From the NCBI GenBank assembly GCA_963847705.1, contig CAWKBC010000030.1, positions 128,001-192,000 of the forward strand: DNA of 64,000 bases. The letters are read 5' to 3'. Positions 56,908 to 64,000 of the stretch are shown here, piece after piece. This DNA comes from an uncultured Pseudomonadota bacterium. GTDB taxonomy: Bacteria > Myxococcota_A > Polyangia > Fen-1088. Both the position numbers and the translations under genes were made by a program. The notes beneath the pieces were generated by a model. That model searched no databases. It had not been told where the DNA came from and saw only the letters and a program-made list of their open reading frames with translations. Numbering within the stretch: position 1 is the stretch's first letter; every line of letters begins with the position of its first letter.

Positions 56908-57552
56908 TCAGCGCCGGTCGGGGCGGGGGGAATCGAGGCCGTAGAGCGCGCGGCCCCGCCGGCCGCCGAAGTAATACAGCAACACCAGGCAGGCGAGGGC
57001 GCCCAGCAGACCGGCCAGGATCGCCGGCACCACCATCAGGTGGGGAAGCTGGGCCGCCGTGAAACCGGGCGGCTCGCGGCCGCTTTCGATCACCACCTGG
57101 GAGAGCAGGGAGGCGCCTTCGGTGGCCGCCCGCCGCGCCATGACCACGCCCAGCGGCAGGCCGCCGAGCTGGTAGACGATCCCGACGACGCCGGTCACGA
57201 TGGCCAGCTTCCGGCCGTGGGGGTCGCGCGAGAGCAGCGCCGCCACCGTGTACAGGGTGAAGAGCGCCACCCCCAGCGAGATCAACGCGCCGGCCCGCAC
57301 CTCGGCCTTGTAGCGCTCGACGATGGCGTTGCTGAGCGCCTCCAGCTTCTGGATCGTTTCGGTCGACTCGGCCGCCGACTCGGCCGGGCGGGTCATGTTC
57401 TCGATCGCCATCACGGCCATGGCCCGCGGCTCGCGCAGCATGAGCAGCGCGCTGACCAGCGTCACCCCGCCGTAGACCAGCATCGATGAGGTGAGAACCG
57501 TCAGCCATACCGGCCGGGATGTGGGCGCCTTGGGCGCTTTGGCCTCGAGCAT
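56908..57552 (-). CDS. Hypothetical membrane protein (4 TM)
   Basis: MLEAKAPKAPTSRPVWLTVL...; four hydrophobic segments. Confidence 0.7.
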   Translation of the reverse strand: MLEAKAPKAPTSRPVWLTVLTSSMLVYGGVTLVSALLMLREPRAMAVMAIENMTRPAESAAESTETIQKLEALSNAIVERYKAEVRAGALISLGVALFTLYTVAALLSRDPHGRKLAIVTGVVGIVYQLGGLPLGVVMARRAATEGASLLSQVVIESGREPPGFTAAQLPHLMVVPAILAGLLGALACLVLLYYFGGRRGRALYGLDSPRPDRR

Positions 57553-57624
57553 CTTGGAGCCGAACCATATGCCGAGACCATCGGCGTGACAAAGTCCGAC
57601 TCTTGCCTCAAAGTCGTGCGCCAA

Positions 57625-58284
57625 ATGCACCACCTGCTCGATCTCTTCCATAAAATCTACGACGTCCAGGGGCTGGTCCGTTTCGGCGGTTTGGCCGCGC
57701 TGACGGCGGTGATCTTCGCAGAGACTGGCCTGCTGGTCGGGTTCTTTCTCCCCGGCGATTCGCTGCTGGTGACCGCCGGCCTGTTCTGCACCGGCGCCAA
57801 GGGCGAGGCGCCGCTGCTGAACATCGTCACCTTGATCCTGGCGGCCACCGTGGCGGCGATCGTCGGAGACACCGTCGGTTACTGGATCGGCGCCAAGTCC
57901 GGCCCGAGGATCTTCAGCCGCGAACAGTCGCTGCTGTTTTCGCGCAAGCACCTCCTGCGCACCAAAGAGTTCTACGAACGTCACGGCGGCAAGACCATCA
58001 TCATGGCGCGCTTCATGCCGTTCCTGCGCACCTTCGCGCCGGTGGTCGCCGGCGTCGGGCAGATGAGCTATCGCCGGTTCGTCAGCTTCAACATCGTCGG
58101 CGGCATCGCCTGGGTGGTGAGCATGACGATGCTGGGGTTCTCGCTGGGCAACATCTACCCCGGGATCAACAAGCAGATCGACAAGGTGGTCATCGTCATC
58201 ATCGCCGTCTCGCTGATTCCAGGGGCCGTCAGCTACCTCCTGAACCGCAAGAAGACGCCGCCCTCGACGTCGCTGGCCGCTTGA
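57625..58284 (+). CDS. DedA family membrane protein
   Basis: IFAETGLLVGFFLPGDSLL; FYERHGGKTIIMARFMPFLRTFAPVVAG. Confidence 0.95.
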   Translation: MHHLLDLFHKIYDVQGLVRFGGLAALTAVIFAETGLLVGFFLPGDSLLVTAGLFCTGAKGEAPLLNIVTLILAATVAAIVGDTVGYWIGAKSGPRIFSREQSLLFSRKHLLRTKEFYERHGGKTIIMARFMPFLRTFAPVVAGVGQMSYRRFVSFNIVGGIAWVVSMTMLGFSLGNIYPGINKQIDKVVIVIIAVSLIPGAVSYLLNRKKTPPSTSLAA

Positions 58285-58748
58285 AGGCCGTCAAAAAAGC
58301 CAAGGCCGCGCCGGCGCCGGCGGCCGCGCGTCCCGCGCCCAAGGTGGCGTTTCCCAAGAAGGCGCAGGCGCCGACGCACGCAGAGTTCGCGGCGCGGCTG
58401 CCGGCTCCGGTCGGCAAGCGTTTCGAGGCGGTGCGCGCCTACCTCAAGAAGCAGGAGATCGCCGAGGACTTCTACTACTACGGTCCCCGCACCGGCTGGG
58501 CGTACCGTTATCTGGATGGCGAGAATTCCCTCTGCTCGATCATGATCTTGAAGGGGCGGCTGGTCGGGATCATCGCGCTCGACGCCGCGGCGCAGGCGAA
58601 GGTCTCCTGGGCCACGCTGTCCGACGTCGCCAAGCGGGCGCGCAAGGTCGCCCACGGAACACCTTCGCTCTTGTGGCTCGACATCCCGCTCGACGGGACG
58701 GGAGCGATGGACTTCAAGAGCCTGCTCAAAGCCAAGCTCACCGGTTGA
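58281..58748 (+). CDS. Hypothetical protein (DUF3788-like)
   Basis: YYYGPRTGWAYRY..SLCSI..WLDIPL..LLKAKL; TTGA overlap with dedA. Confidence 0.6.
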   Translation: MKAVKKAKAAPAPAAARPAPKVAFPKKAQAPTHAEFAARLPAPVGKRFEAVRAYLKKQEIAEDFYYYGPRTGWAYRYLDGENSLCSIMILKGRLVGIIALDAAAQAKVSWATLSDVAKRARKVAHGTPSLLWLDIPLDGTGAMDFKSLLKAKLTG

Positions 58749-58832
58749 AGCTCACCGCTTGAAGCTCACTGGTTGAAGCTCACCGGTTGAAGCTCGCCGG
58801 TTGAAGCTCGCCGGTTGAAGCTCACCGGTTGA
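58734..58832. repeat. Tandem repeat 7 x 14 bp (AAGCTCACCGGTTG) amplifying a gene 3' end
   Basis: Units at 58734, 58748, 58762, 58776, 58790, 58804, 58818. Confidence 0.95.
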
Positions 58833-58952
58833 CGGCCAGCGGTCTGAAGCTGTCGCCGCCCGGAGGCGCAGGCGGTTTCGCTCGACGGCGGCCGGCGGCC
58901 TCGACGAGCTGCAGGACGACGTCGCGAACTTCACGTTCTTCATGGCCAGGAG

Positions 58953-59107
58953 CCTCCCGAGGTCTGGACGCCCCGCCAGAGGCCCCGCGAGGTGTGGATG
59001 CCCCGCGAGGTGTGGATGCCCCGCGAGGTCTGGATGCCCCGCGAGGTTGGACGCCCCGCGAGGTGTGGACGCCCTGCGAGGTCTGGATGCCCCGGGAGGT
59101 GTGGATG
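58953..59107. repeat. Tandem repeat ~7-8 x 18 bp (CCCCGCGAGGTGTGGATG)
   Basis: Seven contiguous units 58983-59107 (one is 17 bp) plus a degenerate unit at 58953. Confidence 0.93.
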
Positions 59108-59262
59108 GGATGAAAAAAACTCCAAGGCGGTTGTCACGGGGACGGGGCGCGCGCGTCCCCCCGCCCAGGGAAAACAGCTCCGAAAACGTCCTTTCCCTAT
59201 GCTAAGTTAGGCGCCATCTTCGGGCGCCAAAGCTCCGCGCTTTCGCCCGCAGGAGGTCCCTC

Positions 59263-61794
59263 ATGTCGGCATTCGGAACGTTGACCCTGCTCATCGCGCT
59301 GGTCGTCGCGACCTATTCGGGCGTGGCCTCGGTCATCGGCGCGCGGCGCAGCAACCGCCGCCTCATCGAATCGGGGCGGGCGGGCGTCTACGCGCTGGCG
59401 GCCATCCTCGGCCTCTCCTCGGTGGCGCTGCTCTACGCCTTTTTGACCCACGACTACTCGATCAAGTACGTCCACCACTACTCGGACGCCTCGTCGCCGC
59501 TCTTCTACCAGATCACCGCCTACTGGGGCGGCCTCGACGGGTCGATCCTCTGGTGGGTCTTCCTGCTCTCGGTGTTCTCGGCCGTCGCCGTCTACTCCAA
59601 CCGCGACCGTCACCGCGAGCTCCTGCCCTATGTCGTCGCCGTCCTGATGGCGATCGCCGACTTCTTCCTCTACGTCATCGTCTTCCACAAGAACCCGTTC
59701 GACAGCTACCTCACCGACATCCCCACCGTCGGCAAGGGCTTGAACCCGCTCTTGCAGAACGCCTACATGGTGACCCACCCGCCGGCGCTCTACACCGGGT
59801 TCGTGGGGATGAGCATCCCGTTCGCGTTCGGGATGGCGGCGCTCATCTCGGGGCAGCTCGACGACGCCTGGATCGCCTCGGTCCGCAAGTGGACGCTGGG
59901 CGCCTGGTTCTTCCTCTCGATGGGGCTGACGCTGGGGATGCTCTGGGCCTACGAGGAGCTCGGCTGGGGCGGCTTTTGGGGCTGGGACCCGGTCGAGAAC
60001 GCGGGCTTCTTGCCCTGGCTGACCGCCACCGCCTTCCTGCACTCGATCATGATTCAAGAGCGGCGCGGGATGATGAAGATCTGGAACGTCACGCTCATCA
60101 TCCTGACGTTCTTCCTGACCATCTTCGGGACCTTCATGACCCGCTCGGGGATCGTGCAGTCGGTGCACGCCTTCGGTCAGGACACCAAGCTGGCCTGGAT
60201 CTTCACCATCTTCATGGCGATCACGCTGATCGTCAGCTTCGGGTTCGTCATCAAGCGGATGCCCGAGCTCCGCTCGCGGGCCACGCTCGACTCCTGGATC
60301 TCGCGCGAGGCGGCGTTCACGGTGAACAACTGGATCCTGCTGTTCGCGGCGTTCTTCATCCTGTTCGCCACCATGTTCCCCACGATCTCGGAGGCGGTGA
60401 CGGGAGAGCGGATCACCGTCGGGCCGCCATTCTTCAACAAGTGGATGGTGCCGATCGGTCTGGTGCTGCTGTTCTTGACCGGCGTCGGGCCGCTCATCGC
60501 CTGGCGCAAGGCGACGGTCTCCCACCTGCGCTACCAGTTTTTCTGGCCCAGTCTGGCGGCGCTGGTGACGGTGGTGATCTGTCTGGCCGCGGGGCTCGGC
60601 GAGGCGCCGGCGGGCGTGATCTGCTTCGGCTTCTGCGCCTTCACGGCGGCCACCATCACCCAGGAGTTCGTGCGCGGCGTGTCGGTGCGGAAGCGCAACA
60701 CCGGCCAGGACGCCGTGTCGTCACTCATGGGGATGGTCATCCGCGGCAAGCGGCGCTACGGCGGCTACATCGTGCACGTCGGCATCGTGCTGATGTTCAT
60801 CGGCTTCGCCGGCACGGCCTACAAGAAGGAGATGGACGTCAAGCTGGTCCCTGGTGCAGACGCCAAGATCGGCAAGTACACCATCCATTTCAACCGCCTC
60901 GCGCACGAGGAAGATCGCCAGAAGGAGATGGTCACCGGCGAGGTGACCGCCTTCAAGGACGGCAAGATGATCGACCAGATGCGGCCGGCCAAGTGGTTCT
61001 TCCACAACCACGAGAGCGAGCCGACCACCGAGGTGGCGATCCGGCGCGGCCCGACCGAGGACCTCTACATCACGCTCGGCAACTACGATCTCGCCGAGGG
61101 GAACGTCACCCTCAAGGTGGTGGTGAACCCGGTCGTCGACTGGATCTGGTTCGGGTTCATGCTGCTGGCGATCGGGACCGGGATCGCGCTCTTGCCCGAC
61201 GCCGTTCTCGAGCGGTTGACCGCCGGCGTGACGTCGGCGGCGACGCGCGAGGCCGGGGCGGCCGGGATGGTGTTGCTGCTGGCTGTGGGCGCGGGCGCCG
61301 CGGTGCTCCTGCCCGGGCGGGCGGCGCTGGGACAGGGGACTGCCGCGCCAGAGATGGCGCAGGCGACGGTGGAGGCGCCCGAGCCGGTTGGCGTCGATGA
61401 GAACTGGCTGGTCCGGAACATCATCTGCCAGTGCGGCACCTGCCGGCACAGCCTGCTCGAGTGCGAATCGGACGGCTGTGGACACGCCGTTCAGGACCGG
61501 CTCGAGATCCGCCAGCTCCTCAATCAGGGGCGGACCCGGGACCAGGTGATCGCGTACTTCATCAAGAAGTACGGCGGCCAGGTGGCGCTGGCGGCGCCGA
61601 TCGATCGCGGCTTCAACCGGCTGGCCTGGCTCTTCCCTTACACCCTGGCGGGGGTGGCCGCCGTCGGGCTCGGCTACGGCGCCTATCGTCTGACCAAGCG
61701 CGCGTCGGGCCATGGAACCCTCGCCAGCGAACCGCCGCTCGCCGACGGTGAGCTCTCCGACAAGCTCGACGACGAGCTCCGCAACCTTGATTAG
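59263..61794 (+). CDS. ccmF: Cytochrome c biogenesis heme lyase CcmF fused to a CcmH-like domain
   Basis: WGGLDGS, HPP, WAYEELGWGGFWGWDPVEN, SVHAF, GGYIVHVG; tail IICQCGTC..C..IRQLLNQGRTRDQVIAYFIKKYG..LAAP. Confidence 0.93.
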   Translation: MSAFGTLTLLIALVVATYSGVASVIGARRSNRRLIESGRAGVYALAAILGLSSVALLYAFLTHDYSIKYVHHYSDASSPLFYQITAYWGGLDGSILWWVFLLSVFSAVAVYSNRDRHRELLPYVVAVLMAIADFFLYVIVFHKNPFDSYLTDIPTVGKGLNPLLQNAYMVTHPPALYTGFVGMSIPFAFGMAALISGQLDDAWIASVRKWTLGAWFFLSMGLTLGMLWAYEELGWGGFWGWDPVENAGFLPWLTATAFLHSIMIQERRGMMKIWNVTLIILTFFLTIFGTFMTRSGIVQSVHAFGQDTKLAWIFTIFMAITLIVSFGFVIKRMPELRSRATLDSWISREAAFTVNNWILLFAAFFILFATMFPTISEAVTGERITVGPPFFNKWMVPIGLVLLFLTGVGPLIAWRKATVSHLRYQFFWPSLAALVTVVICLAAGLGEAPAGVICFGFCAFTAATITQEFVRGVSVRKRNTGQDAVSSLMGMVIRGKRRYGGYIVHVGIVLMFIGFAGTAYKKEMDVKLVPGADAKIGKYTIHFNRLAHEEDRQKEMVTGEVTAFKDGKMIDQMRPAKWFFHNHESEPTTEVAIRRGPTEDLYITLGNYDLAEGNVTLKVVVNPVVDWIWFGFMLLAIGTGIALLPDAVLERLTAGVTSAATREAGAAGMVLLLAVGAGAAVLLPGRAALGQGTAAPEMAQATVEAPEPVGVDENWLVRNIICQCGTCRHSLLECESDGCGHAVQDRLEIRQLLNQGRTRDQVIAYFIKKYGGQVALAAPIDRGFNRLAWLFPYTLAGVAAVGLGYGAYRLTKRASGHGTLASEPPLADGELSDKLDDELRNLD

Positions 61795-62491
61795 GACCGA
61801 GACCCTGGCAGACGTCGGGTCCCCGAACGCGCCCGCCCGGAAGGCGGGCGAGCAGGGCGCGCCGGGTGCTCCGCCGCTCTCGGCGGCGCCAGCGCGCCGG
61901 CGGGTCCCGATCTGGATCCTCGGCCTGGGCGGCGCGGCCGTGGCGGTCGGATATGCGCTCCTCGTCGAGAAGATGCACTTCGGCCCGCCGCTGGTGATGT
62001 TCACGCTCGGCGGCATGACGCTGGCGCTCACCGGCGCCGCGCTCATCCGGGTGATCGATCCGCTGGCGGGAAATTCGCTGGCCGCGGTCTCCACGGTGCG
62101 GGGCGGGCGGCGCCCGCGCGAGCTCGAGCGCGAGAAGCAGCTCGTGCTGAAGGCGATCAAGGAGATCGAGCTCGACTACCAGATGCGCAAGATCGCCGAG
62201 CGCGACTACCGCGAGATGGTCGAGCGCTACCGGACGCGCGCCATGCGCCTCATGAGCGAGATCGAAGCCGGCGACGACTTTCGCGTGCTCATCGAGCGCG
62301 AGCTGACCATGCGCCTCAAGCTCGAAGCCGCGAAGCCGATCGTCGCGCCTGCGCCCACGGCTTCCGAACCGGTGGCCAGGGCACCGTCGACGGCGACCGT
62401 CGCCCCGACCACTTGCGCTGCCTGCACAACCGTCAACGACGACGACGCCAGCTTCTGTAAGAAATGCGGAGCCAAGCTCGTTCAGGCCTGA
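61787..62491 (+). CDS. Membrane protein with coiled coil and C-terminal zinc ribbon (ccm-associated)
   Basis: 2 TM; LEREKQLVLKAIKEIELDYQMRKIAERDY; CAAC..DASFCKKCG; start uncertain. Confidence 0.75.
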   Translation: MIRTETLADVGSPNAPARKAGEQGAPGAPPLSAAPARRRVPIWILGLGGAAVAVGYALLVEKMHFGPPLVMFTLGGMTLALTGAALIRVIDPLAGNSLAAVSTVRGGRRPRELEREKQLVLKAIKEIELDYQMRKIAERDYREMVERYRTRAMRLMSEIEAGDDFRVLIERELTMRLKLEAAKPIVAPAPTASEPVARAPSTATVAPTTCAACTTVNDDDASFCKKCGAKLVQA

Positions 62492-64000
62492 TCGCGCTGG
62501 CGGCGATCCTCGCCGCCGCGTCGGTCGCGCGTGCCCAACCGATGATGGGCGGCAGCGGTATGCCCAATCTCGCGGAGATCGTGGGGCGCCCGCTCCCCGA
62601 CAGCGGGATGCCGACCGGGACGGTCAGCGTGCGCGTGGCGCGCAAGATGCCGTCCAACGGCGTCGCCGGCGCCGAGGTCAGCGCGGTCATCAAGAACGCG
62701 GGCGGCGATCTGCGCCGGCGCAGCGAGAAGACCGACGCCGACGGGCGGGCCCTGTTCGAGGGGATGGCCCCGGGCGACGAGTTCAATGCCGAGGTCACCG
62801 TCGACGGCGAGCTGTTGAAGACCGAGGCCTTCACCCTCCCGCAGGTGGGCGGGCTTCGCACGATGCTGATCGCCGCCCTCGGCAACGGCGGCGGCGAGGC
62901 AGCGCCCCCCGGTCCGGCGGCCTCGGCGGATGCGGGTGGCGCCGGCGCGCAGTTCACGCTGGGCGCCACCGCGGGCGTCGCCACGACCGACCCCAGCCTG
63001 CCGGCGGGGCGTCTGGAGGTCAGCCTCTTCGACGAAAGCGGCGCGCCGATCCCCAACCAACCGGTCCTGCTGGGGATGGTCGACAAGACCAACAAGATCG
63101 AGGTGCGTCACGGCAAGAGCGACGCCGCCGGCGTGGCGCACTTCGCCGACCTACCGCGCGGGGACGGGACAGGCTATGCCGCGGTCCTCGAATGGCACGG
63201 GATGCGCCTCGGCACCGCGCCGTTCCCGATGCCCGAGAGCGGCGGCGCGCGCGCCGAGATCCGCGCGCTCGGCCACACCTCCGACCCGTCGGTGATGACG
63301 ATCGGCTCCGGCGGGCGCGTCATCGTGCAGATGCACGAGGACAACCTGCAGTTCCTGGAGATGTTCCCGCTCGAGAACCACTCCGACAAGATGTTCGACC
63401 CCAGCCCGGGCGCCATCGAGATCCCGTTGCCTCAGGGGTTCGTGAGCGCCGAGGCCCAGGAAGGCGACCGCAAGATCGACGTGCGCCAGAACCACGGAAT
63501 GGCGGTCCACGGCGCCTTCAGCCCCCAGCGCGCCATCCTCAACACCACCGCCAAGAACGCCGGCCAGGAGGTGGTGTTCGGGTTCGTGCTCCCCTACCAC
63601 GGCGACACGCGCACGTTCTCCCAGCCGATGCCGAACGGGATCGGGACCTTCACCCTGATCACCGAGCAGATTCCCGGGCTCTCCGTCAGCGGTCCCGGGA
63701 TCGGCGAGCGCCAGGATCGCGAGCTCGGCGGCCGCAAGTACTGGGTCATGCCCGGCGAGCCGATCGCGCCCGGGGGCGTCCTGGAGTTCACGCTGCACGG
63801 GTTGCCGTCGACGGATTCGACAGGCCGCACTGTGGCCGGCATTCTGGCGTTGATGCTGATCGCGGGCGCCTTCGCCTTCGGCCGCCGTCCCAAGGGCGGC
63901 GCGCGCGGCGTCGACGTCGCCGCCGAGCGCGAGCGGCTGGTCGACCGGCGCGAGTCGACTTTCGCCGACCTGATCGCGCTCGAGCGCGCCGCCCGCGACA
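62464..64000 (+). CDS. Exported protein with carboxypeptidase-regulatory-like (Ig/transthyretin) domains and C-terminal TM, truncated by window end
   Basis: Read by hand: MRSQARSGLIALAAILAAASVARAQPMMGG..KTDADGRALFEG..KSDAAGVAHFADL..VAGILALMLIAGAFAFGRR; runs off the window, so absent from ORF track. Confidence 0.75.
   Translation, partial: MRSQARSGLIALAAILAAASVARAQPMMGGSGMPNLAEIVGRPLPDSGMPTGTVSVRVARKMPSNGVAGAEVSAVIKNAGGDLRRRSEKTDADGRALFEGMAPGDEFNAEVTVDGELLKTEAFTLPQVGGLRTMLIAALGNGGGEAAPPGPAASADAGGAGAQFTLGATAGVATTDPSLPAGRLEVSLFDESGAPIPNQPVLLGMVDKTNKIEVRHGKSDAAGVAHFADLPRGDGTGYAAVLEWHGMRLGTAPFPMPESGGARAEIRALGHTSDPSVMTIGSGGRVIVQMHEDNLQFLEMFPLENHSDKMFDPSPGAIEIPLPQGFVSAEAQEGDRKIDVRQNHGMAVHGAFSPQRAILNTTAKNAGQEVVFGFVLPYHGDTRTFSQPMPNGIGTFTLITEQIPGLSVSGPGIGERQDRELGGRKYWVMPGEPIAPGGVLEFTLHGLPSTDSTGRTVAGILALMLIAGAFAFGRRPKGGARGVDVAAERERLVDRRESTFADLIALERAARD

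Noticed and set aside
58734-59107. CRISPR array
   Set aside because: Units are contiguous 14- and 18-bp repeats with no unique spacers, and no cas genes are present

Overview
High-GC window with myxobacterial hallmarks (MYXO-CTERM-like tails, Cys-rich CGNG repeat, GTGG-linker lipoproteins); the taxon is an inference. It has three parts. (1) 1-7.6 kb: end of a surface-polysaccharide locus (GT4, PKD/beta-helix protein, double alpha/beta-hydrolase, ACP, two LbH acyltransferases). (2) 7649-40322: a ~32.6 kb island integrated at tRNA-Phe(GAA), with a 45-bp direct repeat, a tyrosine integrase and paired arm-type sites. Its cargo is almost entirely plant-cell-wall CAZymes (GH16, 3xGH26, 2xGH29, CE12, GH43, GH53, GH5, SGNH esterase, PL1 fragment), mostly lipoproteins on long Gly/Thr linkers, with no SusC/SusD. 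It also carries two copies of a four-gene module (ECF sigma, TM+TPR anti-sigma, small outer-membrane-like protein, jelly-roll lipoprotein), eight copies of a fixed-spacing promoter motif GTATnn-N16-CCCTT and five copies of a second 17-bp motif near an AraC gene. (3) 40.4-64 kb: core genome (kup, kdpFABC behind a sigma54 promoter next to a degenerate enhancer-binding protein, ilvE, EVE/VOC/ferredoxin, SPFH, DedA, ccmF-ccmH fusion operon). The best candidate new system is a mobile, TonB-independent glycan-sensing ECF module that controls a tethered CAZyme regulon. All family calls come from motif recognition by eye; no searches were run.
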